Assembly: GCA_964016885.1 (NCBI GenBank)
Contig: OZ024740.1
Location: 224,068,001-224,132,000, forward strand
Direction: 5' to 3'
DNA from: Eledone cirrhosa
Taxonomy: Eukaryota
DNA: 64,000 nt
Every line of letters begins with the position of its first letter. The stretch's first letter is position 1. A program made the position numbers and the translations under genes. Positions 41,577-55,541 of the stretch are shown here, one piece after another. The notes beneath the pieces are model-generated. The model did not search any database, had not been told where the DNA came from, and worked only from the letters and a program-made list of their open reading frames with translations.

Positions 41577-41695
41577 AGGCACGTGGCTAAGTAGTTAGAG
41601 AATTGCATTTGCAATCGTGAGATTGTGAGTTCGATTCCCGCACCAGGCAATGCATTATGTTCTTCAGCAAGACACTTTATTTCATGTTGCTCCTT
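41577..41695 (+). mobile_element. Family B SINE, 5' part
   Basis: TGGCTAAGTAG A-box, GAGTTCGATTCC B-box, cagcaagacactttatttcatgttgctcc. Confidence 0.8.
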
Positions 41696-42699
41696 CTACC
41701 TGGAGTTGTAACCGATAAATGGAAACCCCAATGGAAACATTTTTTCTTCGGTCCGATTTGACAAAAGTCAATTGACTGTCAATATATCTAAATATATACA
41801 ATATATATATAAATATATATAGTTTAGGGATTGCAACATCAATATTCTGTAGTTGACCAGATTGAGCACTCGATGATTAGTTTCCAGTATGTACTCTGGT
41901 GTTGTACTATATGTATATATATACATATGTGTACAATGTCAAAATCGATATATAAATATATCAACTTGTCGACTAATAACCTCTCAATGAAAATAAGGTG
42001 GTAAAAAGACCTTGAGCAGAAAGCACTCTGATATATTATGTTAAAGATACAACAATTTTAATAGCTTGTTTAAAATTACATATAAAATCATATTCTCCAT
42101 TAGAACAATGAAATATTTCTTACGTTATATCAGCAATATATAGTTTTAATAAATGCGCAGACAATGTTGTTTCTGGTTGTGAAGGAACACAATAATTGCC
42201 ACATTTAAATGGTTAATCATTATTGTTAAGATTCGGACTTCTATCAGTGGGTCAATTGACATTAATTTATTAAGTATACAAGCCATTAACTGTCCATAAC
42301 TAAATTTGAGTCTGGGATGCAAAGTTATATGTTGGATGTTGAGTGACCTGGCATTAATTGTCTTAGACAATGGAAGACAGGGGGAATACTAAAATTCTGT
42401 ATATGCATGTGTGTATGTGACCTTGTTCAAGCTGAAACACTTTATTCTACATAAATGATTTGATTTATATATTCTGAAGCACATGCACTTTATATAAAAT
42501 GATTTGCACTAAATTTGGTACAATTAAAGATTTTATTTTTATAGTATAAATCAAATAGGAAGCCAGGATCATGGGCAGTTATTACAGGCACGCATACAAA
42601 ACACACACACATAAAATGTCACAAACCCCTTCATGACAATGCAACAATAGGTCAGTATGTATGTGTGTCTATACTTTTGATTTACTATGTGTCTATTTT

Positions 42700-42862
42700 T
42701 GTCTTCCATAAGATAAATAACTGACAAAAACAAGATAATGAAATTAGTACCAAGCTTTAAAAGGAACACTGGTTGAAACGAATTACTAAATCCCTTCAAG
42801 GTGGTACCCCAGTATGACCTCATTCAGTTAACTGAAACCAGTAAAAGGATGAAAGAGTAAAA
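42700..42862 (+). mobile_element. SINE 3' region (family D); related reverse copy at ~37660-37800
   Basis: agtaccaagctttaaaa..actggttga..cccttcaaggtggtaccccagtatgacc..gaaaccagtaaaagga tail. Confidence 0.5.
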
Positions 42863-43127
42863 AATATGAGAAAAATAAATTTACTGCTTTGATATATATT
42901 AATACAATATAGATTCATATGCAATGAATAACTATAACCTTGCTTAATAAATTGTACTTTAAAATTATGTATTTCATACTATACAATATATTTCTAAATT
43001 CCAAGTAAGACGTAACATAGCGTCTACACTATGAATCATAACCATTCTGAATCTGTGGCTAAATCCTTTTGCTAGAAAATATATATATTGTTAGTATACT
43101 AAGTATAGAATATATAATTAGTATACT

Positions 43128-43600
43128 ATCATCATCTTCATCATCATCGTTTAACGTCTATCTTCCATGCTAGCATGGGTTAGATGGGAATTGTCCTACT
43201 TGAGGCATGATTGATTGGGTGACCGTGTCTTACTCATATAGGATAGTATCTGGCAGGTTTTCTATGGTGCATGCCCTTCCTAAAACCAACCACATTTACA
43301 GTGTGGTCTGGGAGCCTTTTTACCATGTCTCCTACACAACCACTTTACAACGTGGACTGGGTGTTTTTTTTTTCATGACACCTAAACAACCTCTTTAGGT
43401 TGGACTAGATGTTGTGGTATCAACATAACCTTACAGAGAAAGGGTGGTGTTGGTGAGAGTGGGAGGATGGAGTAGGGGTAATATATGTATATATATATTT
43501 GAACAACTCATGGTCACATGACCTGGCATTGCTCACAACAGGATAGCTTGTCTAACCATGCCAGTGAGGAAAAATGGACGTTAAATGGTGATGATAATAT
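43128..43600 (-). mobile_element. RTE 3'-UTR-derived repeat (minus) plus an opposite-facing tail fragment
   Basis: 43128-43480 aligns in reverse to 63560-63905; second tail on the plus strand at 43540-43598. Confidence 0.75.
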
Positions 43601-45533
43601 ATATAAATATATATATAGTGGTAGAACACTGGAAGGTAATATCCGTAGTGGTAGACCACTCAGACCATGGGACGAGTTAGGTATACTCTACCTACAAGTA
43701 TCAAGCAGATATTCAGTTAATAGTTGATTGTTTTTAATAAAATGGTATTTTAAACACTCATCCAAATATTTTGAATACTAACTATACTATATATATATTA
43801 TGAATTCCAAGTAGTACTTTTAGCTTTTACTCAATGATTCATATCCATTGCAAATCTGGGACTAAATTCTTTTGTTAAACATTATATCTTTAAAAGCCAG
43901 TCTCTTCAGCTGAGATAACTAATACAATAAGTAACAGTAATTCATGCAGAATCTCTTCTGAAGCTGATTGGTTGCTGCTATTCTACCGCTCTCTCTGTGC
44001 ACCCCCCTCTCAACTCCCCCTCCTATTCTTTCTCCTTCTCTTTCCCTCCCTCTCTTATTGAAACAAATCAACAAGTTCAATGAGCCAATCAGTCAATTGG
44101 ATGTGTCAGGGTACAATAAAATCTGCATGGAAACTTCTGCTTCACTACAAACACAAGCTGCAAAGCCAATGATCTGATTAGATCGAATCTCCTCATACAG
44201 TTTCGGTGTCCTTCCATCGGATGATTAGTTAGGAGTAGCTGCTAAAATAACATAAGCTGTTTTCTGATTTTTCTTCATGGTTTACTGGATACAGTCACAC
44301 ATGGTCTGAGATGAATGTTTATCTGTAAATCACCTTATCATTAATAGGTGAAGTCTAACAAAAGAGAAAGAAATGAAAGAAAAGAAAGAAAGAAGGAAAC
44401 AAACAAACAAAAAAGCTATTAATGAATGATGTTGGCAATTTCTTTTGATTTATTGTTTTTAGTGTTGGTTTGGTGCTGCAAGGTGAAAGATAGTGGTGGG
44501 GGAATAATGCATTGTCTAGGTATTAAAACTGATATGAAGATAAGTCATAATAAGTTGCAGAGGAAACAGATTTATTCTAGTGCTGTATTAGCTGTTTTTG
44601 AGATATTACTTCATCACTAGTAGGTTTTTCTCTTTGCTATGTGTTATACTGGTTACTACCTATCCAGCAGCTGTGCCTACTTTGTAATATAATATAAAAT
44701 ATATAATGTTTGATATACTGTAAACAAATGTGTTGGGTATTAAATATAGTTGAAAGATAAAATAGAATATGAAACATCAGCATTTGATTGATATAAAATT
44801 TATAAATCAATGAAATAATAAAAACAATTATATCTTGGATATTCATATATGTTTTACTTTACTTTCCTATACATCCAGATCTGCTCTTCTTTACCCCTTA
44901 TCCTTCCACCCTTCTTGTTCATTTCTTAATTTTGTTTTTATCTTTTTGTAATATTTTCATCATTGTATAACTTCATTGTACAAATTCAATAAATTTCATT
45001 AAATAAAAAAATTAATTAAAATAAAATTATGCCAATGTTATTAAAACTATAAAGTATTAGACTTAATTCGTCGCTAAGTTTAACCCCACCACTTAGCCCT
45101 TGGGTGTTTTAGCTTAGTCAGTCCTGTTGCAAGCATTTGGTCAAGATCTCTTATTTGAAGGTATCTTCTGCTCTCCCTCCCAACTGTCTTGGAAGTTCTG
45201 AAAAGCATCATGGTCACTGCCATAAAAATATGACTTAAAAATATATAAAGAATTTCTTCTAGTTGTCTACTTTTTAGACAATCTTTTGGTAGAGTAGTAT
45301 ACATCTTATATTTTGTTGCTCTATGAAACCTAAATTTGATGCAAATATTCATCAAACAGTGACAATGTTGAATAAAGAATACTCTGGTATTCTTGAGGAC
45401 ATGGTGGCACCTCAGTTTCTGGTCTCACAATTAAAGAGACTGCTGGAGTTTATCCTTTCCTATATTATCATTTGAAATATTTAATTCATATTTTGGTATA
45501 TTTTTAACCCTTTGAACTTTGAATCCCTTCCCC

Positions 45534-45643
45534 ATGTATGTTTCTGAACCATGAATCTCTATGTGTGTTTATGAACCATGAATCACTATGTGTGTTTCTG
45601 GACCATGAATCTCCATGTTTGCTTCTGGACCATGAAATCACTG
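45534..45643. repeat. 27-bp minisatellite, ~4 copies
   Basis: Unit atgtgtgtttctgaaccatgaatctct, with variants. Confidence 0.85.
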
Positions 45644-46567
45644 AAAAAGTATCAAGTTAGTTAATTAAACCTGAAAAAAAAAGTTAAATTAAAAATCAAG
45701 GCAATGATACCTTGAAACTAACACAATTATGGAAAAATGATCATTTGTTTATGTAGAATGTTGTATAAATAACAGTAGTATATAGCAATGTTAGGTTAGA
45801 GAGAATGAAATATCAGTCTTGTTGGATAGAGTTGAACACCATAAAGTCTGGAATAGTGAGCAGATTCAAAGTATCAAGAAGATAATATAACTAGAAGCAG
45901 AGCAGTTGGTTATGGTGTTGTTTTAAACTGGTCATATCCCAGGAATAACATTTATTATAACTAAACTAATATTTTGTTTTGATTTTATGTAGATTGATTT
46001 GTTGATATTGAAAGGGTTAATCTGTCATCTAATTTAGTGACACCATGAGAAGATGATAATCAGGCAAGCGCACAGGTGGAACTCCTGAGTAAGATGGCAT
46101 GCCACTTAGCTATAATAAATTAATATATATATATGTGTGTGTGTGTGTGGGTGTGTGTGAGTGTGCATGTGGGCAGACACGCACGTGTGTGAGAGTGTAT
46201 GTTTGTGTGTGTGTGTGTGTATGTGTGTATTGTATTTTGCTTAGATTTGGCAAGGTTTCCCTGGTTGAATAACCTTCCTATCACAAAGCATTTGCAGCAT
46301 CGACTAGATGCATTATTCATACCACAAGCTCTAGAGAAGATTTCCTAACTGGACTGAAGGGTCCTCACTACACTGTATCAATTTTTATTCAGAGAGACTT
46401 CTCTGCCAGATAGGTTATCTTTTTCATGATTTATGGAGCTCTTATCTACCCCATGCAGTCGTATTTTATATGGAGCTCGAGCATCTTCTGCATGGCTTCT
46501 GGAGCTCATGTCTGCCCATTCAGTCTTGTTTGCAATAGGGAAAATCACTCTCTTATATATATATATA

Positions 46568-46785
<218 letters not shown>

Positions 46786-47112
46786 GAGTCATTTGATAAT
46801 ACATATACATCATTTCCTCTCCTAATTATCATAATTAACCACACAAAAAATCAATTAGACCAGGCTATAAGATTAAAAGGCACATATGAAGAAACAGTAA
46901 ATAAATAAACGATAGCAGTCTCTTCGCGGCCAACCGCCATAGAATTTTACCCAACATTTCAACAGCACGTGGAAGTTAATTAAATATACGGTCAACCATA
47001 CACAATTAGGTATAAAATTAAAATTAGAAATGCTTATATACATACCAGAATTAAATATATATATATATATACGATATTAAACAAATGGAAACTATATTTA
47101 TAAAACCATATT

Positions 47113-47178
47113 TATTTCATTATACATATTTCAGGGATACCATATTAAAAATATGGCATGCCTTCGTCAGATAAAATA
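47113..47178 (-). ncRNA. Type I hammerhead ribozyme (PLE-type)
   Basis: Minus strand: UAUUUUAU-CUGACGA-AGGCAUGCCAUAUU-uuu-AAUAUGGUAUCCCU-GAAAU-AUGU-AUA/AUGAAAUA. Stem I 8 bp, stem II ~13 bp, self-complementary stem III. Confidence 0.85.
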
Positions 47179-47414
47179 CAATATATAACCAGTTTTATAA
47201 ATAATTTTGACGTACCATAAATATAGCGACCATTAAGGTATGAAGCTGGGTTGACTACCAACCCAGCTTCCTACCTTAATGAAATAAATATGGTTTTATA
47301 AATATAGTTTCCATTTGTTTAATATCGTATATCTACTCCAAAAACTTGTCGAGTGCTTTATGTCAGTTATAAAATATTTACTTGTTGTAACCCAACAATT
47401 TTAAATAAAACTTT

Positions 47415-47468
<54 letters not shown>

Positions 47469-47619
47469 TATAGGAAAAGAGTCAGGACCCCGATATATCA
47501 CAAAAGATGTAGTGGGGTAGCAGGTAGACTAACAGGTAGGGAAAACTACATATGCAGTAGATATACAAGGAAATTTGACGGTAGAAGTCGCAGTGATAGA
47601 CATATTTATCAAATGCAGG

Positions 47620-48235
47620 TAGGATCTATAGAGGTGGCTGATAGTATCTGATACCTAGGTGATCAGATTAGTAAGGGTGGAGGGTGCTCCGAGGCCATAG
47701 TATCTAGAATAAGAACATATTGGAAGAAGTTTAGAGAGCTGCTTCCTCTGTTCTCAAAGAAAGGTTTCTCCCTACAAACGAAAGGCCAGTTATATGATGC
47801 CTGTGTGAGATGCATAATGCTGCATGGTAGTGAGACATGGGCAGCAACTGTATAGGATATGGGACGGCTGGAGAGAAAGGAAGCAAGCATGCTCCGATGG
47901 ATGTGCAATGTCAATTTGCGTGAATGACCAAGCATACACGAGTTTAGAAAGAAACTGTGTATAAGAGGGATAGGCTGTAGTGTGCGCGAGAGAAGACTGC
48001 GTTAGTATGTGATGTGCATGGAGGATGACCGCGGGGTTGAGGAGTGCCAAGACATCTCAGTAGAAGGAAGACGCAGTAGAGGAAGACCACGAAAATCATG
48101 GGTAGATTTGTTGAGAGCTGACCTCAGATTACTGAAGCTCACAGAGGAGATGACGATAAAACCATGACGAATGGAGAGATGCTGTGCTGAATAGGACCTG
48201 TCACACCCTTGCAAGCAGGGAAAAGCGGATGTAAA

Positions 48236-48270
<35 letters not shown>
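47620..48270 (+). mobile_element. RTE LINE 3' fragment
   Basis: YLGDQISKGGGCSEAIVSRIR..WKKFRELLP, MLHGSETW, GRPRKSW; (GAT)n tail at 48237-48270. Confidence 0.88.
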
Positions 48271-48413
48271 ATATATGTATATATATAGTTGGTGTGGGAT
48301 GTTTAAAGCATCCGTATGCGGTAGGCCGTTTGAGCACTCGATGGTCTTACAGAGCAGAGTATAATATCACATAAGAAACGGAGAATCAGTGGTGCGACGA
48401 ATTAAAATGTATT

Positions 48414-48510
48414 AGACATATTACAATCGTTTCTCTGGTGACCAACTTGAGGCATGATCGATGCGATGCTCAAACCTGACGCTGAAATCGCAAGATCCTC
48501 AGATACGTCT
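48414..48510 (-). ncRNA. Type I hammerhead ribozyme with extended stem II
   Basis: Minus strand: AGACGUAU-CUGAGGA-[UCU...~60 nt...AGA]-GAAAC-GAUU-GUA/AUAUGUCU; 8-bp stem I with one G.U. Confidence 0.82.
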
Positions 48511-49075
48511 CGATTCTTCGAAGCAGGGCTTCCAAATGTCCAGTTACTCTCGCGGCCTTCGCTCGCCAGCTTGTATCCTGTTGTTGTCTGTCGACGAGTG
48601 ATAAAGAATTTTACACGTCATCAGTATTTCTGACCACTCATGGCCGTCATTTTTCTGGTTCCTTTCATATGTCACCTCTCAATCAAAGTTGTTTCTTTTA
48701 GCGAAATTGCTACTGTAGGAGGTAAGGGGTTGTATGGTTGAAACGTTCGCGCACTCCCGCAACCTTCCCGGTCTGTAGACGGCCACACCCATGACCATGT
48801 TTCGCGCAGGCGTGATACATATGACCACGCATACACATACAACAATCACATACACACCTGCAACTGTATTATATGTGACAATCACAGTAAATATTAAATG
48901 CGCAGCAAATACTTTTTTTTTTTTAAATGGAAAAACATTTAAAAAAACGCTTCAGAAGAACACACCCTCAAAATACCTTAAAAAAAACATTTCGAAAAAA
49001 AAGCCCAAAACCCTGTAAAATGTTCTTTTCAAATGAAAGGAACCAGAAAAATTACGGCCATATATATATATATAA

Positions 49076-49134
<59 letters not shown>

Positions 49135-49919
49135 TAAACAAATAATGAACAAACAATTCCTTATATTAAACAAAAAAAGTTCACTATTTAACGATCGTTT
49201 CTAGGGTATATATGTGTTATAATTGGTATGCATATTTAACAGATCTATGTACAAAATTATACAAAATTATACAAATTATCAAGATTAAATATACATACCT
49301 AACTCATATATACGCCGTCTTCAGAAATAATGAAGTATATTTATTGATAATAACAACAATTCAAAATATCAGTTCAAAATTGACCAATGAAAACACAAAG
49401 GGTTAAAAAGCAGTTTGGTGTGTGTATATACATGTAAAACCCTACACACATTTTACAATAATGTGTGTATAATTTGTATGTGCATACTAAAAAGATGGAT
49501 GCAAATAAAAAATTTCAAGGTTAATATCTCTGTAAGCTTAATGCGCTGATAAGATACGCAATGATACTTATGGAGTCAAGCATATAAATATATTTTTTTC
49601 ATACTCACACATATCAGTATAATCACACGTACATGTGCGTATATATATAAATATACACATAACCACGAACACACAAACACACACACTCCCCCACTCACAT
49701 TTATATATGTGGATATAAAATCATAAGCAAATAGAAATTAAGTCACTCACATAAACACACTGGTACACACATTTCAAGATCAAGATACAGAAATTAGGTG
49801 GGAGGGGGGGGGGAGGGGTCAGTATTAGGTTGTCAGACCAGACAGCCTAATATAAATGTATCTATAAATTATGAAAAATAAAAAAATAAAAACAATAAAA
49901 TATATTACATATGATATAA

Positions 49920-50095
49920 TGTACATACGCATACAGATATACATACACATACATACATGTACGCGCACATAGAGGTATCTACACATACATACATACACAC
50001 ATACCTATACTGTCATACACACACATACATTTACACGAACATACACATACACATATAAAAAGATAAAAATACGGACACACACACGCGCAACACAT

Positions 50096-50154
<59 letters not shown>

Positions 50155-50523
50155 TATACACACACACATAGACTCATATATATATACATACACATACATA
50201 TACTTATACATAAACATATATATCCCACACTCATACCACCATGAAAACACATACAAACATCCAGATGTATATACATATATATATATATATATACATATAT
50301 ATATCAACATACACACACGTACACATATATGTATATATACATACATATATACACACATACACATATATATATACACACACACATAAAATACAGACATGCA
50401 CATATATATATATATATATATATATATTTCATTACTCTTATATATACACATAGTATATATACATACACAACCTCACTTATACACATATACACATAAGTTA
50501 TATTATAATAATAATAAAGAATA

Positions 50524-50554
<31 letters not shown>

Positions 50555-50693
50555 TATATACACATATACACATATACATACATATACATACATATACATA
50601 CATACATACACATACATACATACACCTAAATATAAACATATATAAATACACACATACGAATAAAGACATATATTCACACATAGACACCTATAT

Positions 50694-50727
<34 letters not shown>

Positions 50728-50816
50728 CTATATACACACACATACACATACATACACATATATATATATATACACATATACACACACGCACACACATACA
50801 GACACACATACACACT

Positions 50817-50851
<35 letters not shown>

Positions 50852-51300
50852 ATGTGAGTGTGCGCAAATACATACATATATATACACACACACATACAAA
50901 CACACACAAACACATACATATGCATACGTGCACACACACACACATATATCACATAGATACGAAGATAAACATATAAATAGAGAGACATACAAATATATAC
51001 AGAACCCATATACACATACATACAAACACGCATATACATATATATACATATATACACACATATATATTCCTATATACAAGCATACACATACACACACATA
51101 TATACATATACATACACATATATATACCACACATTCACATACCCGTACATATATAATACATATATATACATATATATACATACACATGTATGTACAATCA
51201 TATATACACACTCAATCTTACATTCATATTTACATGCTCATATATGTATTTTTATATTTAGAAATAACAACCAAAAAAACTATATAGATACCCATCTACA
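49920..51300. repeat. Large compound (TA)/(CA)/(TACA) microsatellite block
   Basis: Directly visible; it is the source of the spurious YI/CV ORFs. Confidence 0.95.
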
Positions 51301-52572
51301 CATATATTCATACATATACACTTACAAAAACAGATGATAATAGTATGGGGGAAAGGGGGGGGTTTGGAGAAGGGGATCAAAGTAAATATATGTTTCAAGA
51401 AACCTATAATATTTTCCATATCTTAATTCAATGTATGTTCTTACATATTTTCAGTGCTAGGAAATACGAAATCTATGCATCACAAAATAAAAAAGTATAC
51501 CATTAATCATATGTCAACTAAACCAAAAATAGTCAACATATTGATTTCCAAGGTGTAAATTAGTTAGGTTTATAATATTTGAAGCAGAATTATGAAGTCA
51601 AACAGTAGTAGATTATTAATTACATTATAACTAAATTAAAGTTAATAACGTTATGGTATCAATATTAGGAGATGAATTTAGTAATAGGGAAAAGAAACCC
51701 AAATAAAAATAAAATAAAGTATTACATCGGTAGTAGCATATAAATTATATGTTAACTAAGTTAAAAATTATATATTTATTTCAATAGTATATGTTAATTA
51801 GTATATGTTAATTAGGTATACAATACATAAAGCAGATATTGTATTTCATCAATAGCATAATATAATTATATGCAAATAAAGATCAAAATTAATACGCATA
51901 CACATACATATACATACACATACACATACATATACATATACATACACATATATATATATATATATACATATATATACACATACATACATATATAGTCACA
52001 TAAATATACATACAGATATACATACAATACACACATATACATATACATATAGATATACATATCTTTTTCAAAAAATTTGCACAGAATATATTAACTAGGT
52101 ATATATCCAAAAACACCTCCCATTTTATGATTACATGAAATTCTGCAATTCGTCTGTACAAGGATACTAATTTTAAGCAAATTAAAATTAAAATTAAAGT
52201 TTTAGGTTGATTAAAGCTAAAACCAAATAATAAATATATTTCCAAAATGTATATTAATTAGGTCAATAATACTAAAAATTCTTTCTCCGTCATAGGATAC
52301 ATGATATTATTTTGTTATATTTTATCTGTAAAAGAATTATAATAAAAAAAATTATAATAAAAGGTTAAACTAAATTAAAAAATTATAATAAAAGGTTAAA
52401 ATAAGTTAAAATTAATCTATAAATTAAATTACTGAATATATATTAGTAATATTTAAAGGTTTTTCAAAATTAATGATTACATAATATTTTCTCATCTGTA
52501 ATAAAATATTAATTAAATTAAATTTATAGGTTAACTAACATTTAAATTAAATTAAATTCTAGAATAATGTTA

Positions 52573-54500
52573 TTAATTAGGTTTATAATATTTAAATGTT
52601 TTTTTTAGTTTATGATTACACGATATAATTAATTCCTGTCTTTTATTTAATAAGATATCCCTAGACTTCATTATTTCAAATAGTTCTTGGGAACATAATC
52701 TACATTCCTTTCTATTATTTTGATAAGGGGTGGCTCTTTTGAGCACACTCCAGGTCAAATCATATTTTATATTTTTATTTTTATAACTATTGATTTTTTC
52801 TGCTAGAGATGTTGTATTAGCCAGTGCGGCATTTTTAAAGCTATGTTTGTGGGTATTATACCTTGTCTTAAAATTGTTAGAGGTAGCTCCTATATATGAG
52901 CAAATAGAATCTTTAGTTTTAACATTACATTTATAGACTATGTTGTTAACAAGACAATTCCCTTTTAATGGGCAGTTTGTTTTGTTTCTACAGTTACATC
53001 CTTTCGTTAATTCTGTATTTGAGGAGATATTATTGTTAATTTGATGTACTGGTGGTATACTTATAGTTTTCTTACATTTATATGCATTATATGCACTTAT
53101 ATTTTGTTTTATGTTATTTGTTGTAGAATATGAGAATTTAACTGTAGACCTATTTAAGATTTGATGGTATTTGTGGTTTGGCGGGAAGTTTTTCTCAAGG
53201 ATATAAAAAAATTTTTTAGCAATATTATCCTTAACTTGTAAATTAAAAGGAGCATTATACCAAGTAACTCGTCTATTACGGTTTCTATGTTGTTTATTAT
53301 TTTTATTATTTTTATATGTTGTATCATGATTTTTACTAGGAGGAATAATGTTAATGATCTCACCACAACTATTTTTAGTTATATTTGTAGATTTAGGTGT
53401 TTTATCTTTTTTATTAGGAGTTTTATTATTAATATTTATTATAGTCTTATGATGAGTAGTTTTTTGAGGGTTACTATACTTTATATTAGAAGATTTAGTA
53501 TTTTGGGGTATACTGTGGGTGGCATTTAGGTGTGTACTTTTCATTTGGTGTTTGTTGGTAATATTATGCTGTATGTTTTCAGTATTATTAGTAGAAGTTA
53601 TATACTCTAATCTATTTTTGTGGCCACTTCTATCTAGAGCTTCATTATAAAAGGTCGCATTTTTATCAAATACATCTTGGTTAGAAGAAAGGTTAGAAAT
53701 TCTAAGTGATATATTATATGCAAGGTTTTTAAGGATAGATTTAGGGTGATTAGATTGTGAGTGTATGTAATGTAAGTTTTGGTTAGGTTTATGGTAAGGT
53801 TGGTATATACCCGTAGCTAAATCTAAAGTTATATCTAGGAAATTTACTACTTTACTTGTTTTTTCAAAAGTAATATTAAGATTATAATAGTCTTTAAGGA
53901 AAGTTCTAATATGCTTTTTGTTTTTTTCGATTTCTGAAAGGCTAAGGTTGTTAGAAAGAAGAAGACAGTCATCACGATATAAACCACCTTTGAGGTGGGG
54001 AAAAGAGGCATTTATGTTGAAAAGGAGAAAGAGGCCCACAAGATCAGTAATTTGGGCAGAATCGCTTGAACCCATAGTAATATCAAAAAGATTACTATAA
54101 GTGTTTCTGGTCCAGTATTCATTCTGAAATTCAATAAGTGTTTGTCTAGCATGTGTAATAATGTTAATGTCATCCGAAGTTAAATTAGATCTATTTTTAG
54201 CAAATATTAATGCTTTGTTCAGGAGTATGGGTGATATAGAAGAATAATAATTATCTATATCAAACTGTAGGAAAGAAGCAGAAGATTTACACCTAATATT
54301 TTTAAACCAATTAATTACCTGGGAGGTGTTTTCCCAGAGTGGTAAAATAACGTATTTTCTTATTTGTGGGATGACTCTATCTAAAATTTTTTTGCTAATT
54401 ATTCCAATATCTGATTTGGAGGGACATATAAGTCTAATAGAAGGATTAGAGTTAAAGTTAGATTTGTGATCTTTCAGGTTGAAGTGTGGACTTCTCTTTA
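52573..54500 (-). mobile_element. Penelope-like element RT + GIY-YIG, 5'-truncated (Naiad-like by motif recall)
   Basis: ORF 52573-54075 (GLYRDD, FLDITL, RRVTWYNAPF, CNCRNKTNCPLKGNC, VYKC..YIGAT, CRLC..E, LNKRQE). RT continues upstream after a 1-nt frameshift at ~54085 (LKDHK, IRLICPSKS, FDIDNYYSSI). Clade assignment is from memory. Confidence 0.88.
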
Positions 54501-54610
54501 TCTTTCACCGAAATTGGATTTTCATTACATCTCTTCTTTCCATGATATCCGGAATACATTGAGTTCTTCATACGGATTGGACACTACCGTAAACTCTTGG
54601 TAGATTTATC

Positions 54611-54655
<45 letters not shown>

Positions 54656-54819
54656 CGGCGATGAATTAGTTTTGCGAGGTATTTGATATGAAATCGTGTA
54701 TACACACACGCAAACGCATGCGCAAAGAAGACAAAATAAAATAAACAAATAAATAAATATATAAACAGACTAAATAAACATGACGTAGAAAATACAATGT
54801 AACGGGAGGATACAATAGC

Positions 54820-54861
54820 ACCACTGACGATGTTGCAGGTGTGCAACGAAAGAACTTTGAT
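54820..54861 (+). ncRNA. Minimal hammerhead ribozyme, slightly decayed
   Basis: ACCA-CUGACGA-U-GUUGCA-ggug-UGCAAC-GAAA-GAAC-UU/UGAU; perfect 6-bp stem II, one mismatch each in stems I and III. Confidence 0.65.
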
Positions 54862-55282
54862 AAACTATATATATGTGTTTGTATCTATATTGTATCTGTA
54901 TTATTTTTGACCGCTGGTCAGTCAATGGCAACATTGAGGACCGAATAAATTAGATTACCGATATAAAGGCACAGAAGCGAAAAGCGAAAACCAACCAAAC
55001 AGTGAGTGTGTTCTGTTATTAATTCTGGCAATATTATTACACAAATATGACCCTCCCCAAGTATAATAATAATTGGATAGTAAATTTTAAAATTATGATA
55101 ATGATGCTAGGTTGTTATATGATTATCATATTTTTATCCTTTACCGTCCAATTAACACTGTGGCCTCTTTTAAACAAAACAAGATTTTCTACATTTTACA
55201 CAACGGTTATAGCAAACGACAACACTTTATATACTTATCTATCTATATATCTATATTTTGATCCCGCTATATTCCTATCTCT

Positions 55283-55328
<46 letters not shown>

Positions 55329-55404
55329 CGAAGGAAATGTGGTAAGGAACCAGATGGACCATAACGCACCAAAGTACTCAATACTTAGGGTAGTATAGTG
55401 GGTA

Positions 55405-55541
55405 ATAGGAACGAGTAGGACCCCGACGGCTGAGCTCAAGCCGTTTCGACGGCTAATTCTGGACTTTTTTTTTTTTTGGCAGTCCAGAATTAGCCGTCGA
55501 AACGGCTTGAGCTCAGCCGTCGAGGTCCTACTTGTTCCTAT
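55405..55541. repeat. 61-bp inverted repeat (foldback) in a PLE pLTR-like element
   Basis: 55405-55465 versus 55481-55541, 2 mismatches, spacer of T-run plus GGC. Confidence 0.93.

Noticed and set aside
45534-45643. 27-bp repeat array resembling CRISPR spacing
   Set aside because: Contiguous tandem units with no unique spacers, no cas genes, eukaryotic context
49979-51287. Many overlapping YIYI/CVCV ORFs (also near 8231, 12932-13310, 46433-46844, 51866 and 61464)
   Set aside because: Translations of dinucleotide microsatellites, not genes
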